A stretch of 64,000 nt of DNA, taken from NCBI GenBank assembly GCA_045106895.1, contig JBGCFM010000160.1, forward strand, positions 1 to 64,000. The letters run 5' to 3'. Source of the DNA: Polyangiales bacterium (lineage in GTDB: Bacteria; Myxococcota_A; Polyangia; Polyangiales; Houyiibacteriaceae). The translations under genes and the position numbers were made by a program. Below the pieces are notes generated by a model that ran no database searches, was not told where the DNA came from, and saw nothing but the letters and a program-made list of their open reading frames with translations. Below are positions 42,432 through 52,089 of the stretch, one piece after another. Numbering within the stretch: position 1 is the first letter of the stretch; each line of letters starts with the position of its first letter.

Positions 42432-42459
42432 CGAGCGCAGGGTGGAGGCGCAGCCTGAG

Positions 42460-43086
42460 TTACTTCGGGGTTCGGTAGACCAGCGCGCGTCGAGCGCCGC
42501 CTTTGGCTGTTTCGTAGGGCTGCTGCCACACGATGTCGCCCGATGGAGCCTCCGCTGTTCCTAAGAGCACGGCGACTAAGTCTGCGAGGGGCGCTGCGCG
42601 CTCTAGCCACTCTCCCGGTTCGAAGGTGGCGCGGGAGAGCGCGAGGTCGAATCGCTCGCCTTGAAGCCCCTCCAGGCGTCCCTCACGCACCACGACGCGC
42701 TTGCTCAAGCCCAGAGCACCCACGGCGGTGCGCATGAATGCAACGCGTTTCCGGCGCGGCTCAAGGAGCGTGAGGTGCAGATCGGGGCGCATCACGGCAA
42801 GGGGGAGGCTTGGCGCTCCAGCCCCAGCGCCGACATCGATGAGAGTTTGTTTCGGGGGGATGCCCTCGGCGAGAACGAACGCGTCGAGACACAAGATCTC
42901 GAGGAGCGCTTCGGGGCTGCGCGCGGCGACGAGATCGGTCCGCGCCCCCCACGTCGAGACCAGGTCCGCGAACTGCAGCAAAGCACCCCGCGTCTCGGTC
43001 GGGAGCTTGGCGGATACATAAGAGGACAACGACGCGCGGAGCGCATCGAGATGATGCGCATCGGCATCGCGGTCGAAGGGCGTCAT
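42460..43086 (-). CDS. rsmG: 16S rRNA m7G527 methyltransferase RsmG (GidB)
   Basis: IDVGAGAGAPSLPLA, LLEPRRKRVAF, FDLALSRA. Confidence 0.88.
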   Translation of the reverse strand: MTPFDRDADAHHLDALRASLSSYVSAKLPTETRGALLQFADLVSTWGARTDLVAARSPEALLEILCLDAFVLAEGIPPKQTLIDVGAGAGAPSLPLAVMRPDLHLTLLEPRRKRVAFMRTAVGALGLSKRVVVREGRLEGLQGERFDLALSRATFEPGEWLERAAPLADLVAVLLGTAEAPSGDIVWQQPYETAKGGARRALVYRTPK

Positions 43087-43113
43087 AGATGTGTTCGGAG
43101 CGTACTACTGACG

Positions 43114-43773
43114 CTATTCGGGCGCGATGACTTCGACGCTCGTTTCGCCACTCTGAAGCTGAGCCGAAGATGTCGGGAGTTCAGCACCGCGGTCCTGACA
43201 GAATCGCATCCAGTTCCGCAAATCCGAATGGCCTCGCGAGTTGAGCGCACAGGCACGGTAGGCACGTCTGGCGTGATCTAGGTAGGGGCGAGCTTGAGCG
43301 TCGATGACTTCGCGAAATACGGTGGCGATCTCAGGCTCACTTCGGAGTTCGTCGGGGACCGGAACGCGCCGTAGCACCCGCGCGACGTCTTCGTACATCA
43401 GTGCGACGAGGGCGCCGGCGATGGTCCGCTGTGGGTGCGCCTCTTCGGCGGCGACGTTGAGCTCCGCGCGAGCTGCTTCGACGAGGCGTGTCTTTTGAGC
43501 GAGCCAGGGTTGCAACGTGACGTCGGTCCAGTCTTGGAGTTCGACGGTGCGCGCGGAGGAGGGAGGGGCGGGGGGCGCCTGGACCTCAAAGCTCTGCTCC
43601 GTCAGCAGCCACGCAAAACGCATATGCTCCGTGAAGTCGCTCTCGTGGGCCGCGCTCGGAAGACACTCCATGCTCGGTGGCGCGGCCGACTCGCCCGCGC
43701 GCTCCACCGTCGCCTGGTTCCCCGCACAGGCAAGACAGAGAACAAGAAGTAGGCACTGGGTAGGTTGGTTCAT
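43114..43773 (-). CDS. Hypothetical lipoprotein
   Basis: Lipobox CLAC-AG; helical. Confidence 0.65.
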   Translation of the reverse strand: MNQPTQCLLLVLCLACAGNQATVERAGESAAPPSMECLPSAAHESDFTEHMRFAWLLTEQSFEVQAPPAPPSSARTVELQDWTDVTLQPWLAQKTRLVEAARAELNVAAEEAHPQRTIAGALVALMYEDVARVLRRVPVPDELRSEPEIATVFREVIDAQARPYLDHARRAYRACALNSRGHSDLRNWMRFCQDRGAELPTSSAQLQSGETSVEVIAPE

Positions 43774-43784
43774 GGCGTGGTGTC

Positions 43785-44615
43785 TCAGCAGCTGCCCGCG
43801 AGGGCATGGGCGAAAGCGCTGGCCTTGGCAAAACGTTCATCGCGCTTGGCGGACATGGCTTGATGGATCGCCACTGCCACCGCCGCAGGGGCGGACGGAC
43901 AGCGCTCTTCGAAACGTACGGTGTCTCCCATCACGATTTGATAGAGCAAACGGCCGGGATTTCGTTCTGTGAATGGAACTTCGCCGGTGAGCGCTTTGTA
44001 GGTGAGGATACCGAGCGCATACGTATCGATGCGTTCGTCGATGCCGCCTTCACCCGTGAGCAGCTCTGGGGCCATGTATATTGGGGTGCCGCTGACTTCG
44101 CCGGTTCGAGTCAGGCGCTCGAGCCCGTGCACTTTGCTCGTTCCAAAGTCCACGAGCTTCGTACCTTCTTCGAGGAGGAAGACGTTGGCTGGTTTCAGGT
44201 CGCCATGAAGTACGCCGTGGGCGTGGACGGCGTCGAGGGCCTTGGCGACGTGGCCCAGAATGACGCTGAACTCCGTGGGCGTAAGCGGGCCGCGCTCGAG
44301 GCGCGCCTCCAAGGTCTCTCCTTGGAGGAGCTCCATAACCGTGTACGCGCGTCCGCCGTCGTCTTCGCCGACCTCGACAACGCGGACGACCCCGGGGTGG
44401 TCCAGAGATTTGAGGATGGAAGCTTCGCGCCGGAAGCGCCGACTCATCTCAGGGTCACCGGCAAGCTCCGAATGTAGGAACTTGATCGCGACCCGCTGGC
44501 CCGTGCCGGTGTGGCGTGCGGCGTAGACGGCGCCCATGCCCCCGGCGCCGAGCTCGCCACGGATCTCGTACGGACCAACACAGCCTTTGCTCGCGGGGAG
44601 GCCCATTAGGGCCAA
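43785..44615 (-). CDS. Cytoplasmic stand-alone Ser/Thr protein kinase
   Basis: GAGGMGAV, AIK, HGDLKPAN, DFG, GTPIYMAPE; no TM. Confidence 0.92.
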   Translation of the reverse strand: MALMGLPASKGCVGPYEIRGELGAGGMGAVYAARHTGTGQRVAIKFLHSELAGDPEMSRRFRREASILKSLDHPGVVRVVEVGEDDGGRAYTVMELLQGETLEARLERGPLTPTEFSVILGHVAKALDAVHAHGVLHGDLKPANVFLLEEGTKLVDFGTSKVHGLERLTRTGEVSGTPIYMAPELLTGEGGIDERIDTYALGILTYKALTGEVPFTERNPGRLLYQIVMGDTVRFEERCPSAPAAVAVAIHQAMSAKRDERFAKASAFAHALAGSC

Positions 44616-44747
44616 TCGCTTTCGCAGGTTTGTGTCGTTGTTGCGCCGTTCATGGTGAACCGAACATACATGGTAGCGCGAAAGCCGCGAGTTTTCAGAT
44701 CCGCCGCTTTCTTCGGGTCATCACGGTGGTCGTGATACGCCCGGGAC

Positions 44748-45728
44748 ATGCTCCCTGTGGTCAAAGTAGTCGGAGTCGGCGGTGCCGGCGGAAATGCGGT
44801 CGTTGCGATGTCTCAGCGAGACCTCCACGGCGCGGAATTACTCGCATTTAACACAGACGCTCAGGCCCTCTCAGGACTCGGCGACATCCGCACGATGGCC
44901 CTCGGCGAACGTGCCACACGCGGTCTCGGCGCGGGTGGCCGGAGTGAGGTGGGGCGTGCGGCGGCGCTGGAGTCGTGCGGGCCCATCGCGCGGGAGTTCG
45001 CCAATACGGATATGGTCTTTGTCACCGTCGGTATGGGCGGGGGAACTGGCACCGGCGCGGCTCCCATCGTGGCGCACGCCGCTCGGGCCAGCGGCGCCCT
45101 CGTCGTTGGCGTTGTTTCCAAGCCATTCATGTTCGAAGGCCTCAAGCGGCGTCGAGCCGCGAACGAGGGGCTGACGCTCCTCGAAGAACAGGTTGATGCT
45201 CTTCTGGTGATCGAGAACGACCGTCTCTTGAACGGCGGTGACTTGACCATTGCCGAAGCCATGGGGCTCGCCGACGAGGTGCTCTGTGACGCGGTGACGG
45301 GGATCGGCGATCTAGTGGGTAATCCAGGCATCGTAAACCTGGACTTCGCTCATGTTCGTGGCGTTCTGCAGGACGGTGGACGCGCGGTGATGGGCCGTGG
45401 CAGCGCGACGAGCGAAGAAGGGGGCGCCCTCGCGGCGGTGGAGCGAGCCATCGCGTGCCCACTCTTGGACGACGACTCGGTGGCGGGAGCCCAGCGCATC
45501 CTGCTTCACTTGGCCGCAGGGCCGGAGCTTCCGCTGCGCGCCGTCGAGAGAGCTTCGATGCGTCTCGAAGAGGTCGCGCACCCCGACGCGGAGATCGTCT
45601 TCGGCGTGGTTCATAGCGAGGCACTCGTCGGTCATGCGGAGGCGACGGTGATCGCGACGTGCATCGACGCGGATGCCGCGAAGCCTGCGCAGCCTGCACA
45701 GCCGCGCAATGCGCTCGTGATGCTCTGA
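44748..45728 (+). CDS. ftsZ: FtsZ paralogue (orphan, no C-terminal peptide)
   Basis: GVGGAGGNAV, NTDAQAL, GLGAG, GMGGGTGTG, PFMFEG; T7 loop NLDFAHV. Confidence 0.9.
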   Translation: MLPVVKVVGVGGAGGNAVVAMSQRDLHGAELLAFNTDAQALSGLGDIRTMALGERATRGLGAGGRSEVGRAAALESCGPIAREFANTDMVFVTVGMGGGTGTGAAPIVAHAARASGALVVGVVSKPFMFEGLKRRRAANEGLTLLEEQVDALLVIENDRLLNGGDLTIAEAMGLADEVLCDAVTGIGDLVGNPGIVNLDFAHVRGVLQDGGRAVMGRGSATSEEGGALAAVERAIACPLLDDDSVAGAQRILLHLAAGPELPLRAVERASMRLEEVAHPDAEIVFGVVHSEALVGHAEATVIATCIDADAAKPAQPAQPRNALVML

Positions 45729-45735
45729 ACGTCCC

Positions 45736-46890
45736 GTGAGCCGCGACAAGAGCCACCGTCTAGCGGCCATCGACCTGCTTCGTGGGGCGGTGATGGTCCT
45801 GATGGTACTGGACCACACGCGGGACTTCTTCATGGTTCAGGGCGTTCGTGCGACGGACCTATCCCAGACGACGACGCCACTGTTTTTCACGCGCTGGGTG
45901 ACACATTTCTGCGCGCCGGGCTTTGTCTTCCTCGCGGGAAGCGCCATCTTTCTGGCCGCCCAACGGAGGAGCGCTCGTGAACGCACGCGCTTTTTGGTGA
46001 CGCGCGGCCTCTTCTTGGTCGTCCTTGAACTCACGGTGGTGAAGTTCGGTTGGGCGCCGGAGCCCTTTTACTATTTCCTGCTTCTCCAGGTGATCTGGGC
46101 CATCGGCTGGAGCATGGTCGCGATGGCCGGCATCAGCTTCTTGCCTTCGCGCATTGTTGGGGGGCTCGGCGTGTTGGCGCTCGTATTGGCGCCGCTTTGG
46201 GAGAACGCTGAAGGCAGCGGCGCGATGGGCGTTGTCCTGACGGTTTTGACGGGCACAGGCGTCTACCACCCCATCGAGGGACACACGCTAATCGTGGGCT
46301 ATGCGATTCTGCCCTGGCTGGCGTTGATGATGTGCGGCTTCGGTTTTGGCGAGTTGGCCAAGCGCGCGGACTTTCCTCGCTGGAGCCTCGTCTTTGGCGT
46401 GGCGCTATCCTTCGCCTTTGTTGGGCTTCGTTTCCTAAATGTCTATGGCGACCCCGAGCCTTGGACATCCCAGAGTTCGGCGACCTTCACGCTGCTCTCG
46501 TTCTTGAACACGTCGAAGTATCCTCCTTCGCTCCTGTTCTTGCTGATGACGCTGGGGCCGCTCCTGGTTGCGCTCTCGCTTCTCTCACGCGTCGATGCAT
46601 CGCGGGCGCCGTGGCGCTGGCTGCTCGTGTTTGGTCGCGTGCCGCTCTTCTACTACGTGCTGCACTTGTGGCTCCTCCGCGTCGCGTCCATCGCGTGCGC
46701 GTTTGTCGTTTGGGGCTTTGGGCCGGAAGCGTATTCTCCGCCGCCAGAGGGACATGCTGGCAACCCAGGATGGTCGCTCGCCGTGGTCTATCTCGTGTGG
46801 GCGCTCGCGCTGCTCGTGCTCTACCGGCCGTCACGCGCTTTCGTAGAGCTGAAACGTCGCCGCGACGACTGGTGGCTCGCTTACCTATGA
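45736..46890 (+). CDS. DUF1624/HGSNAT-like multi-TM acyltransferase-family membrane protein
   Basis: IDLLRGAVMVLMVLDHTRD, RWVTHFCAP, SKYPPSL. Confidence 0.85.
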   Translation: MSRDKSHRLAAIDLLRGAVMVLMVLDHTRDFFMVQGVRATDLSQTTTPLFFTRWVTHFCAPGFVFLAGSAIFLAAQRRSARERTRFLVTRGLFLVVLELTVVKFGWAPEPFYYFLLLQVIWAIGWSMVAMAGISFLPSRIVGGLGVLALVLAPLWENAEGSGAMGVVLTVLTGTGVYHPIEGHTLIVGYAILPWLALMMCGFGFGELAKRADFPRWSLVFGVALSFAFVGLRFLNVYGDPEPWTSQSSATFTLLSFLNTSKYPPSLLFLLMTLGPLLVALSLLSRVDASRAPWRWLLVFGRVPLFYYVLHLWLLRVASIACAFVVWGFGPEAYSPPPEGHAGNPGWSLAVVYLVWALALLVLYRPSRAFVELKRRRDDWWLAYL

Positions 46891-47418
46891 GTGTTCGGCG
46901 AGAGCGGCGAGCACGGACTCAGACCGTCGGTTTCGCTCCGCCGCGTCCTGCGGCGTAATGCCATCTTTGTCAGCCAGTCGTGGGTCTGCGCCGGCGCGCA
47001 GCAAGAGGCGGACTTTGTCTGGCGGGCTGTGCCTACACGCATACCACAGGGCGCTGCGGTATCGTACGTCGAGGCGTTCGAGGTTCCAGCCTGCGTCGAG
47101 ATGAGTTCTGACTCGCTCGAGATCCCAGCTGTCGATGGGTGGGTTCGGCTTCGGCTTTTGCTCCGGCGGAAGAGCCTTGGCCGGCTCTCGGTAGCTCGGG
47201 TTCACCAGGGACGTCACCGCGTCTTTGTCGCGATCCAACATGCTCTCGGGCTGGGTCACCACCTTGCCGCGGGTTCGACAAGCATCGAGGACGCGTTGTC
47301 GCAACTCTGGGTGAGCGTCGAGAATCTTCGTTCCGGGAGGAAACCGCAGATCGGGCTGACACAACTCGAGCCGCCGACGCAGAGCTTCTGCGCGCGACGG
47401 CTCTGCTGTGAGTTCCAA
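46885..47418 (-). CDS. Ankyrin-repeat protein
   Basis: SALWYAC..VRLLLRAGADPRLADKDGITP. Confidence 0.7.
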   Translation of the reverse strand: MELTAEPSRAEALRRRLELCQPDLRFPPGTKILDAHPELRQRVLDACRTRGKVVTQPESMLDRDKDAVTSLVNPSYREPAKALPPEQKPKPNPPIDSWDLERVRTHLDAGWNLERLDVRYRSALWYACRHSPPDKVRLLLRAGADPRLADKDGITPQDAAERNRRSESVLAALAEHS

Positions 47419-47421
47419 AGC

Positions 47422-47967
47422 TTAGTTAGGGATGATCTGAATTCGGCGTCCTGTGCCGTGTCCCTGGCTAGCGGTGGTGACACCGTCGAACTTGGCCAGG
47501 CTCAGATGGACGACGCGACGATCGCGCGCGTTCATGGGCTGCAGCGTGACTGTGCACCCCTCGTCGAGGGCTCGCTTGGCTTCGCGCTGGGCGAGGGACT
47601 CGAGGTTCTCGTCATGTCGGTCGCGGTAGTCACCGGAGTCGACGACGATGTGGCGGCGGCCGTCGGGATAGCGGTTGAGGATTTTGTTGAGCAAGAACTG
47701 CAAGGCGTCGAGGGTCTGACCCTTTTTGCCAATGGCGCGCCCGGCATCTTCGCCGACGACGTCGAGGACAACGCGCTCATCGTCTTCGCGGATGTCGACG
47801 TCTACGTCGAGCTCCATGAGTTCGAGGACCTCGTCGAGGAGCTCCGCCGAGTCTTCAGCTTTGCCGTCGCCAGCTTTGCCGTTGTTGCGGGAGTCGCGGG
47901 ATCGTCGTGGAGCAGGTTCGTCGCCACCTACAAGGAGGGCGCCATCTTGGGGTTCGTTCTCAGCCAT
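47422..47967 (-). CDS. jag: KH-R3H RNA-binding protein Jag/KhpB (no Jag_N domain)
   Basis: IGKKGQTLDALQ, PMNARDRRVVH; directly downstream of yidC. Confidence 0.92.
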   Translation of the reverse strand: MAENEPQDGALLVGGDEPAPRRSRDSRNNGKAGDGKAEDSAELLDEVLELMELDVDVDIREDDERVVLDVVGEDAGRAIGKKGQTLDALQFLLNKILNRYPDGRRHIVVDSGDYRDRHDENLESLAQREAKRALDEGCTVTLQPMNARDRRVVHLSLAKFDGVTTASQGHGTGRRIQIIPN

Positions 47968-49768
47968 TGCGTTGTTTCTTCTTACGGGAGCCTAGTGTCC
48001 GGCGCTTTGCGCTAGCGCTCGAGGATTGGAGCGAAGGACCTGGCTCAGGATCGTTGTTTGGGTCGTTGTCTTTGTCCGCTTCGTCGTCGTCCGAGCTATC
48101 GGGGTCAGGCTTAGCGTCTTTTTCAGCATCCAGCTTCGCGTAGATGGCGCGCTGCTGGATCATAGTAAGCGTGGAGTTGGTCACCATGTAAAGGCAGAGA
48201 CCGGCGGGGAGGAAGAGCATGAACCCGCCGATGAGGATCGGCATGAGGTACATCATCATCTTCGCCTGGGACGAGTCCATGGTGTTTGGCGTAAGTCGCT
48301 GCTGAAGATGCATGAGCACCGCCACAAGGATCGGCAGGACAAAGTAAGGGTCAGGCGCCGAAAGGTCGGTCCAGAAGCCGACGAAAGGTGCGTGGTAGAG
48401 CTCAAGGTTTGTGGAGAGCGAGCGGTAGAGAGCAAACCAGACGGGCATCTGCAGAAGGGAAGGTAAGCAGCCTGATATCGGACTGACCCCTTCCTTTCGA
48501 TACAGCTCCATCATGGCTGCACCCTTCTTCTCGCGATCGTCTCCGTACTTTTCGTTGAGCGCGTCGATCTGCGGCTTGAGCTGCCGCATGCGACCCATGG
48601 AGCGGAAGCTGCGCATGGTGATGGGGAAGAAGAGCATCTTCACGCCGAGCGTCATCAAGATGATGGCGAGGCCCCAGTTGCCGACGAAACCGTAGACGAG
48701 GGTTAGAAGGTCATTGAAGCCGTTGGCGATGAGGCTGAACCAGCCAAGGTCAACGATGCCCGGGAGACCGTGCCCCGCGTTACGGAGGGCCGTTCGGTCG
48801 CTCGGGCCAACGTACGCCAGGGTACGTGTGAGAGACTCTTCACCGGGGGCAAGGGTTGTACGCGCGTAGCGAAGCTCTGCCTCGACGAGGGAGCCTTCCC
48901 AGGTGTCGGCGACGACGCTGCCGCCGCGGCGTGACGCGCCAACTACGCAGCGCTCTGCAGGACCGCCCACGCTGGCCATGGCCGTCGCGAAGTAAGAGTC
49001 GGCGATGGATGCAAAGCCCACGTCACCACCGAAGCCGCGGGGGTCTTTGACGAGCTCCGCCGTGGCGGCGCGCTCGATGTCTTCGCCGTTCTCTCCGCCG
49101 GAACAGATGCCGAAGGCGGCGGCGGTGGGCGGACGTCCGATGAAGCCGGACTCTTCTTGCTCACGTGTCGTGTAGTGGAAGAGGCGGTGGCTTACGCGAA
49201 AGGTTGCGTCGCTGGCGGAGTCGTTGCGGACTCGTGTCGTGGACCAAAGCTGGTAGCGGTTTTGGCCCGCTTGAATACGCCGTGAGACGATGAACCCATT
49301 GCCGCGCCACTCGAAGCGCACGGTGCGTTCGTCGATCTGCTCGGCGGTCCAAACAGCGCCGACCGGAATCGGGATGCCGGGAACTTCGAGCTGAAGCCCG
49401 TAGTACGCCTCCGACGTGGTCGTGACCATGTCGATGGGCTCGCCGGCGCCATCCAGGTACTTCTCTTCGGTGAGCTTGAAGCTGACGAGGCCGGTGTTGA
49501 GGTTGGAGAACGTCGCGTCGAAGACGTCCGTGTGCACCGTGACGAACTCTTCGGACTCGGTGCGCGCTCGAAGGTCGCTCTCGCTCAGCGTCGCGGGCTG
49601 GCGTGGCGTGGCGTCTTGCGTTTCTCCGGCTTCGGTGGAGTCGCCTGACTCGCTCGTGGCCGTTTCGGCGTCCGGGGCGGTTTCTGCTGGCGGATCTTCT
49701 TGGGAGAAGAAGGTGAATGCCATCAGCGCCGCGAGGAGCCCGATCATGATAAAATTGCGCTTTTCCAT
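47960..49768 (-). CDS. yidC: Membrane protein insertase YidC
   Basis: GNWGLAIILMT, GCLP, QMPVWFALY, DLSAPDPY, PAGLCLY. Confidence 0.96.
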   Translation of the reverse strand: MEKRNFIMIGLLAALMAFTFFSQEDPPAETAPDAETATSESGDSTEAGETQDATPRQPATLSESDLRARTESEEFVTVHTDVFDATFSNLNTGLVSFKLTEEKYLDGAGEPIDMVTTTSEAYYGLQLEVPGIPIPVGAVWTAEQIDERTVRFEWRGNGFIVSRRIQAGQNRYQLWSTTRVRNDSASDATFRVSHRLFHYTTREQEESGFIGRPPTAAAFGICSGGENGEDIERAATAELVKDPRGFGGDVGFASIADSYFATAMASVGGPAERCVVGASRRGGSVVADTWEGSLVEAELRYARTTLAPGEESLTRTLAYVGPSDRTALRNAGHGLPGIVDLGWFSLIANGFNDLLTLVYGFVGNWGLAIILMTLGVKMLFFPITMRSFRSMGRMRQLKPQIDALNEKYGDDREKKGAAMMELYRKEGVSPISGCLPSLLQMPVWFALYRSLSTNLELYHAPFVGFWTDLSAPDPYFVLPILVAVLMHLQQRLTPNTMDSSQAKMMMYLMPILIGGFMLFLPAGLCLYMVTNSTLTMIQQRAIYAKLDAEKDAKPDPDSSDDDEADKDNDPNNDPEPGPSLQSSSASAKRRTLGSRKKKQRNG

Positions 49769-49787
49769 CGAGGCCGGCTCCGGGGCG

Positions 49788-50201
49788 CTACCTTGCGTCG
49801 ACTTCGCGTTCACGCAAGCGGTCGTTTCGCTTCAGGGCCTGTTTTCCGGCGCGCGCGATCGATTTTTTGGCTTTGTGAAGCTGTTGAAGGACGTCCGAGA
49901 GGCCAAGCGTGGGTGCGCCACGCTTCGCGATGAACACGATGTCGACGTCCGGCGTGAACAACTCGCGGTGTAGGCGGAATGCCTCTCGCACGACTCGTTT
50001 GACGCGGTTTCGCGCCACGGCGTTGCCGATCTTCTTGGTCACAGTGATGCCAAGACGACGACGTCCGGCCTCGGACGCTCGCTGAATCAGGACGAAATGC
50101 TGGGTATGAACCCGCCTACCTTCGCTCTGGATACGACGAAAGGCGCTCCGACGACGGACCCGGTCCGTGCGTGGAAGCGCCTTCTTTTCTGGCACTGTCA
50201 T
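49788..50201 (-). CDS. rnpA: Ribonuclease P protein component
   Basis: RLGITVTKKIGNAVARNRVKRVVREAFR. Confidence 0.96.
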   Translation of the reverse strand: MTVPEKKALPRTDRVRRRSAFRRIQSEGRRVHTQHFVLIQRASEAGRRRLGITVTKKIGNAVARNRVKRVVREAFRLHRELFTPDVDIVFIAKRGAPTLGLSDVLQQLHKAKKSIARAGKQALKRNDRLREREVDAR

Positions 50202-50258
50202 CGATCGAAGTGTCTGAGGGCGGCGATAGCCACCCTCGAAAAGACGAAGCGACGAGCG

Positions 50259-50408
50259 CTACTTCTTGTAGACGCCGACGGCCAGGCGCTTGCGGCCCTT
50301 GGCTCGACGAGCGGCGATGACTTTACGGCCACCCTTAGTCTTCATGCGGGCACGAAATCCGTGGGTTCTGAGTCGCTTGGTCCGGCTTGGCTGGTAAGTA
50401 CGCTTCAT
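50259..50408 (-). CDS. rpmH: 50S ribosomal protein L34
   Basis: [26 protein letters not shown]. Confidence 0.97.
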   Translation of the reverse strand: MKRTYQPSRTKRLRTHGFRARMKTKGGRKVIAARRAKGRKRLAVGVYKK

Positions 50409-50454
50409 GGTCTTCCTTAGGGGCCGGAGAAGTAAGCACACCGGCATATGGCTG

Positions 50455-51129
50455 TCAACCAACACATGCACCAGAGGGATCAAGAAGGAGACCCTCGTCG
50501 GCGAAGCTGAAGTAGCCTTGAGCCGCGATGATTACGTGATCGAGGAGGTGGATGCCCAGTAATTCGCCTGCGGAGCGCAATTGGCGGGTCAGTTCAATGT
50601 CTTCTGGGCTCGGGTCCGGCTGACCGCTCGGATGATTGTGAACAAAGATCACATTCGCCGCCGCCCATCGAATTAGCTGACGATAGATGTCCGCGGCGCT
50701 GGCAAAGCAACCGGTGAGTCCTCCTTTGGAAAGAAGCAGCTCACCGAGAGGGCGGTTTCGTGCGTCCAAGGGGAGGGCGATGAAATGTTCGCTTTCCGCA
50801 TGCGCCAGACGCGGGCGCAGAGCTCCGTCCACGTCGATGCTTGAGAGAAGGGACGCCCCGCGTTGAAAGGGCACTCGTTGCGAACGCCGGCCAAATTCGG
50901 CAGCGGCGACGATGCGCGCGGCCTTGGCGACGCCGACTCCGCGGAGCTGCGCGAGCTCCGCTACCGCTGAGAGACCAAGGCCGCGGAGCCCACCCACCTC
51001 GTGAAGAATGCGCGCTCCGAGGGCGATCGACGATTCCCCTTGGGAGCCGGTGCCGAGCAAGACGCCGACGAGTTCCGCGTCTCCCAAGGAGGGCGCGCCA
51101 TAATACGAGAGCCGTTCTCTGCTTTGCAT
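50455..51129 (-). CDS. radC: RadC (JAB/MPN domain) protein
   Basis: RERL..G..L.DAEL, Hh[29 protein letters not shown]. Confidence 0.93.
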   Translation of the reverse strand: MQSRERLSYYGAPSLGDAELVGVLLGTGSQGESSIALGARILHEVGGLRGLGLSAVAELAQLRGVGVAKAARIVAAAEFGRRSQRVPFQRGASLLSSIDVDGALRPRLAHAESEHFIALPLDARNRPLGELLLSKGGLTGCFASAADIYRQLIRWAAANVIFVHNHPSGQPDPSPEDIELTRQLRSAGELLGIHLLDHVIIAAQGYFSFADEGLLLDPSGACVG

Positions 51130-51310
51130 GCGGGAGCCATCTGCGGGTTCTATGCCGTCGGCGAACTCGAGTTTTCCGCTTTGTTCGAGAGCGAAGGGTC
51201 GGCCTGGCGCCAAGGTCCGCCGGCGTTCGCCGCGCGTTCTTTGCATTTCTTAACACAACACCACGAACGGCCTTTGCACGGGCTTCGCAGATAGAGGGAA
51301 AGGAGTTCTC

Positions 51311-51781
51311 ATGTTTTTCCATTTTCTCGGTGTCTCGTTCCTCATCGCCTTCTTCGTCGTGCTGAAGAAAAGTCGTCGAGGCCGCTGTGGCCCAGGTCAC
51401 GGACGCCACCACAGGCGGCGCCATCGCTCGTTCTGGCGGCGAGGTCTCGACCATATGTTTGAACGCTTGGACACCAGTCCCGGCCAAGAGAAGGAGATTC
51501 GCTCCGCGATGAGCGGTCTCTTCGATGATGTCGTCCCGGCGCGTCGCGAGATGAAGCGCGCCATGAAGGAGATCTTCTCGACGGCGCTGAGCGAAGATGT
51601 CTTTGACGAAGCCGCGGTTCGAAAGGCCATCGGTGAACAAGAAGACCGCATCGTCGGCCTCCGGGAATCCCTCATTGCGATGCTTGGTCGCGTACACGAA
51701 GCCCTCGACGAAGAACAGCGCGCTCAGCTCGCCGCCTTTGCGGCACGCCGCGCGGTTCCTATGGGCGGGCCCTACCGATGA
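51311..51781 (+). CDS. Spy/CpxP-like (periplasmic heavy-metal sensor family) protein
   Basis: AAGGAG SD; LDTSPGQ..VHEALDEEQRAQL (LTxxQ-like); His/Arg-rich segment. Confidence 0.7.
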   Translation: MFFHFLGVSFLIAFFVVLKKSRRGRCGPGHGRHHRRRHRSFWRRGLDHMFERLDTSPGQEKEIRSAMSGLFDDVVPARREMKRAMKEIFSTALSEDVFDEAAVRKAIGEQEDRIVGLRESLIAMLGRVHEALDEEQRAQLAAFAARRAVPMGGPYR

Positions 51782-52089
51782 GGCGCGGAAAGGAGAAGGC
51801 TCTGATGTTTGCTCTACTTGCAGGTGCTGCGCTCAGTTTCGGTGCCGCCAAGCACCACCGTGGCGGCTGCCACCATCATGACCGAAGGGCGGCGTTTGAA
51901 GCGCGCGTGGCGCGTGTTTGTGTCGATGCTGCGCGACAGGCTCAACAAGAGGAAGGGAGCGCTGAGCCCGGCGATTCTACGGACGTGGATTCAAGCGACG
52001 TGCCTTACGGTCCACGTTTTGAAGACCAACGACGTTTCGGACACGGACCTTTCGGAAACGGCCCACCCGGATATAGTCCTTCGCGATGA
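51778..52089 (+). CDS. Small His-rich hypothetical protein
   Basis: ATGA overlaps on both sides; TM followed by KHHRGGCHHH. Confidence 0.6.
   Translation: MRRGKEKALMFALLAGAALSFGAAKHHRGGCHHHDRRAAFEARVARVCVDAARQAQQEEGSAEPGDSTDVDSSDVPYGPRFEDQRRFGHGPFGNGPPGYSPSR

Noticed and set aside
46891..48015. 374-aa plus-strand ORF
   Set aside because: Antisense to jag and the ankyrin gene; no motifs
50455..51129. radC as a marker of a mobile element
   Set aside because: Full-length chromosomal type with N-terminal HhH region; no integrase, transposase or att-like repeats nearby
50200..51310. oriC next to rpmH
   Set aside because: No dnaA, no cluster of TTATCCACA-like boxes and no AT-rich unwinding element seen
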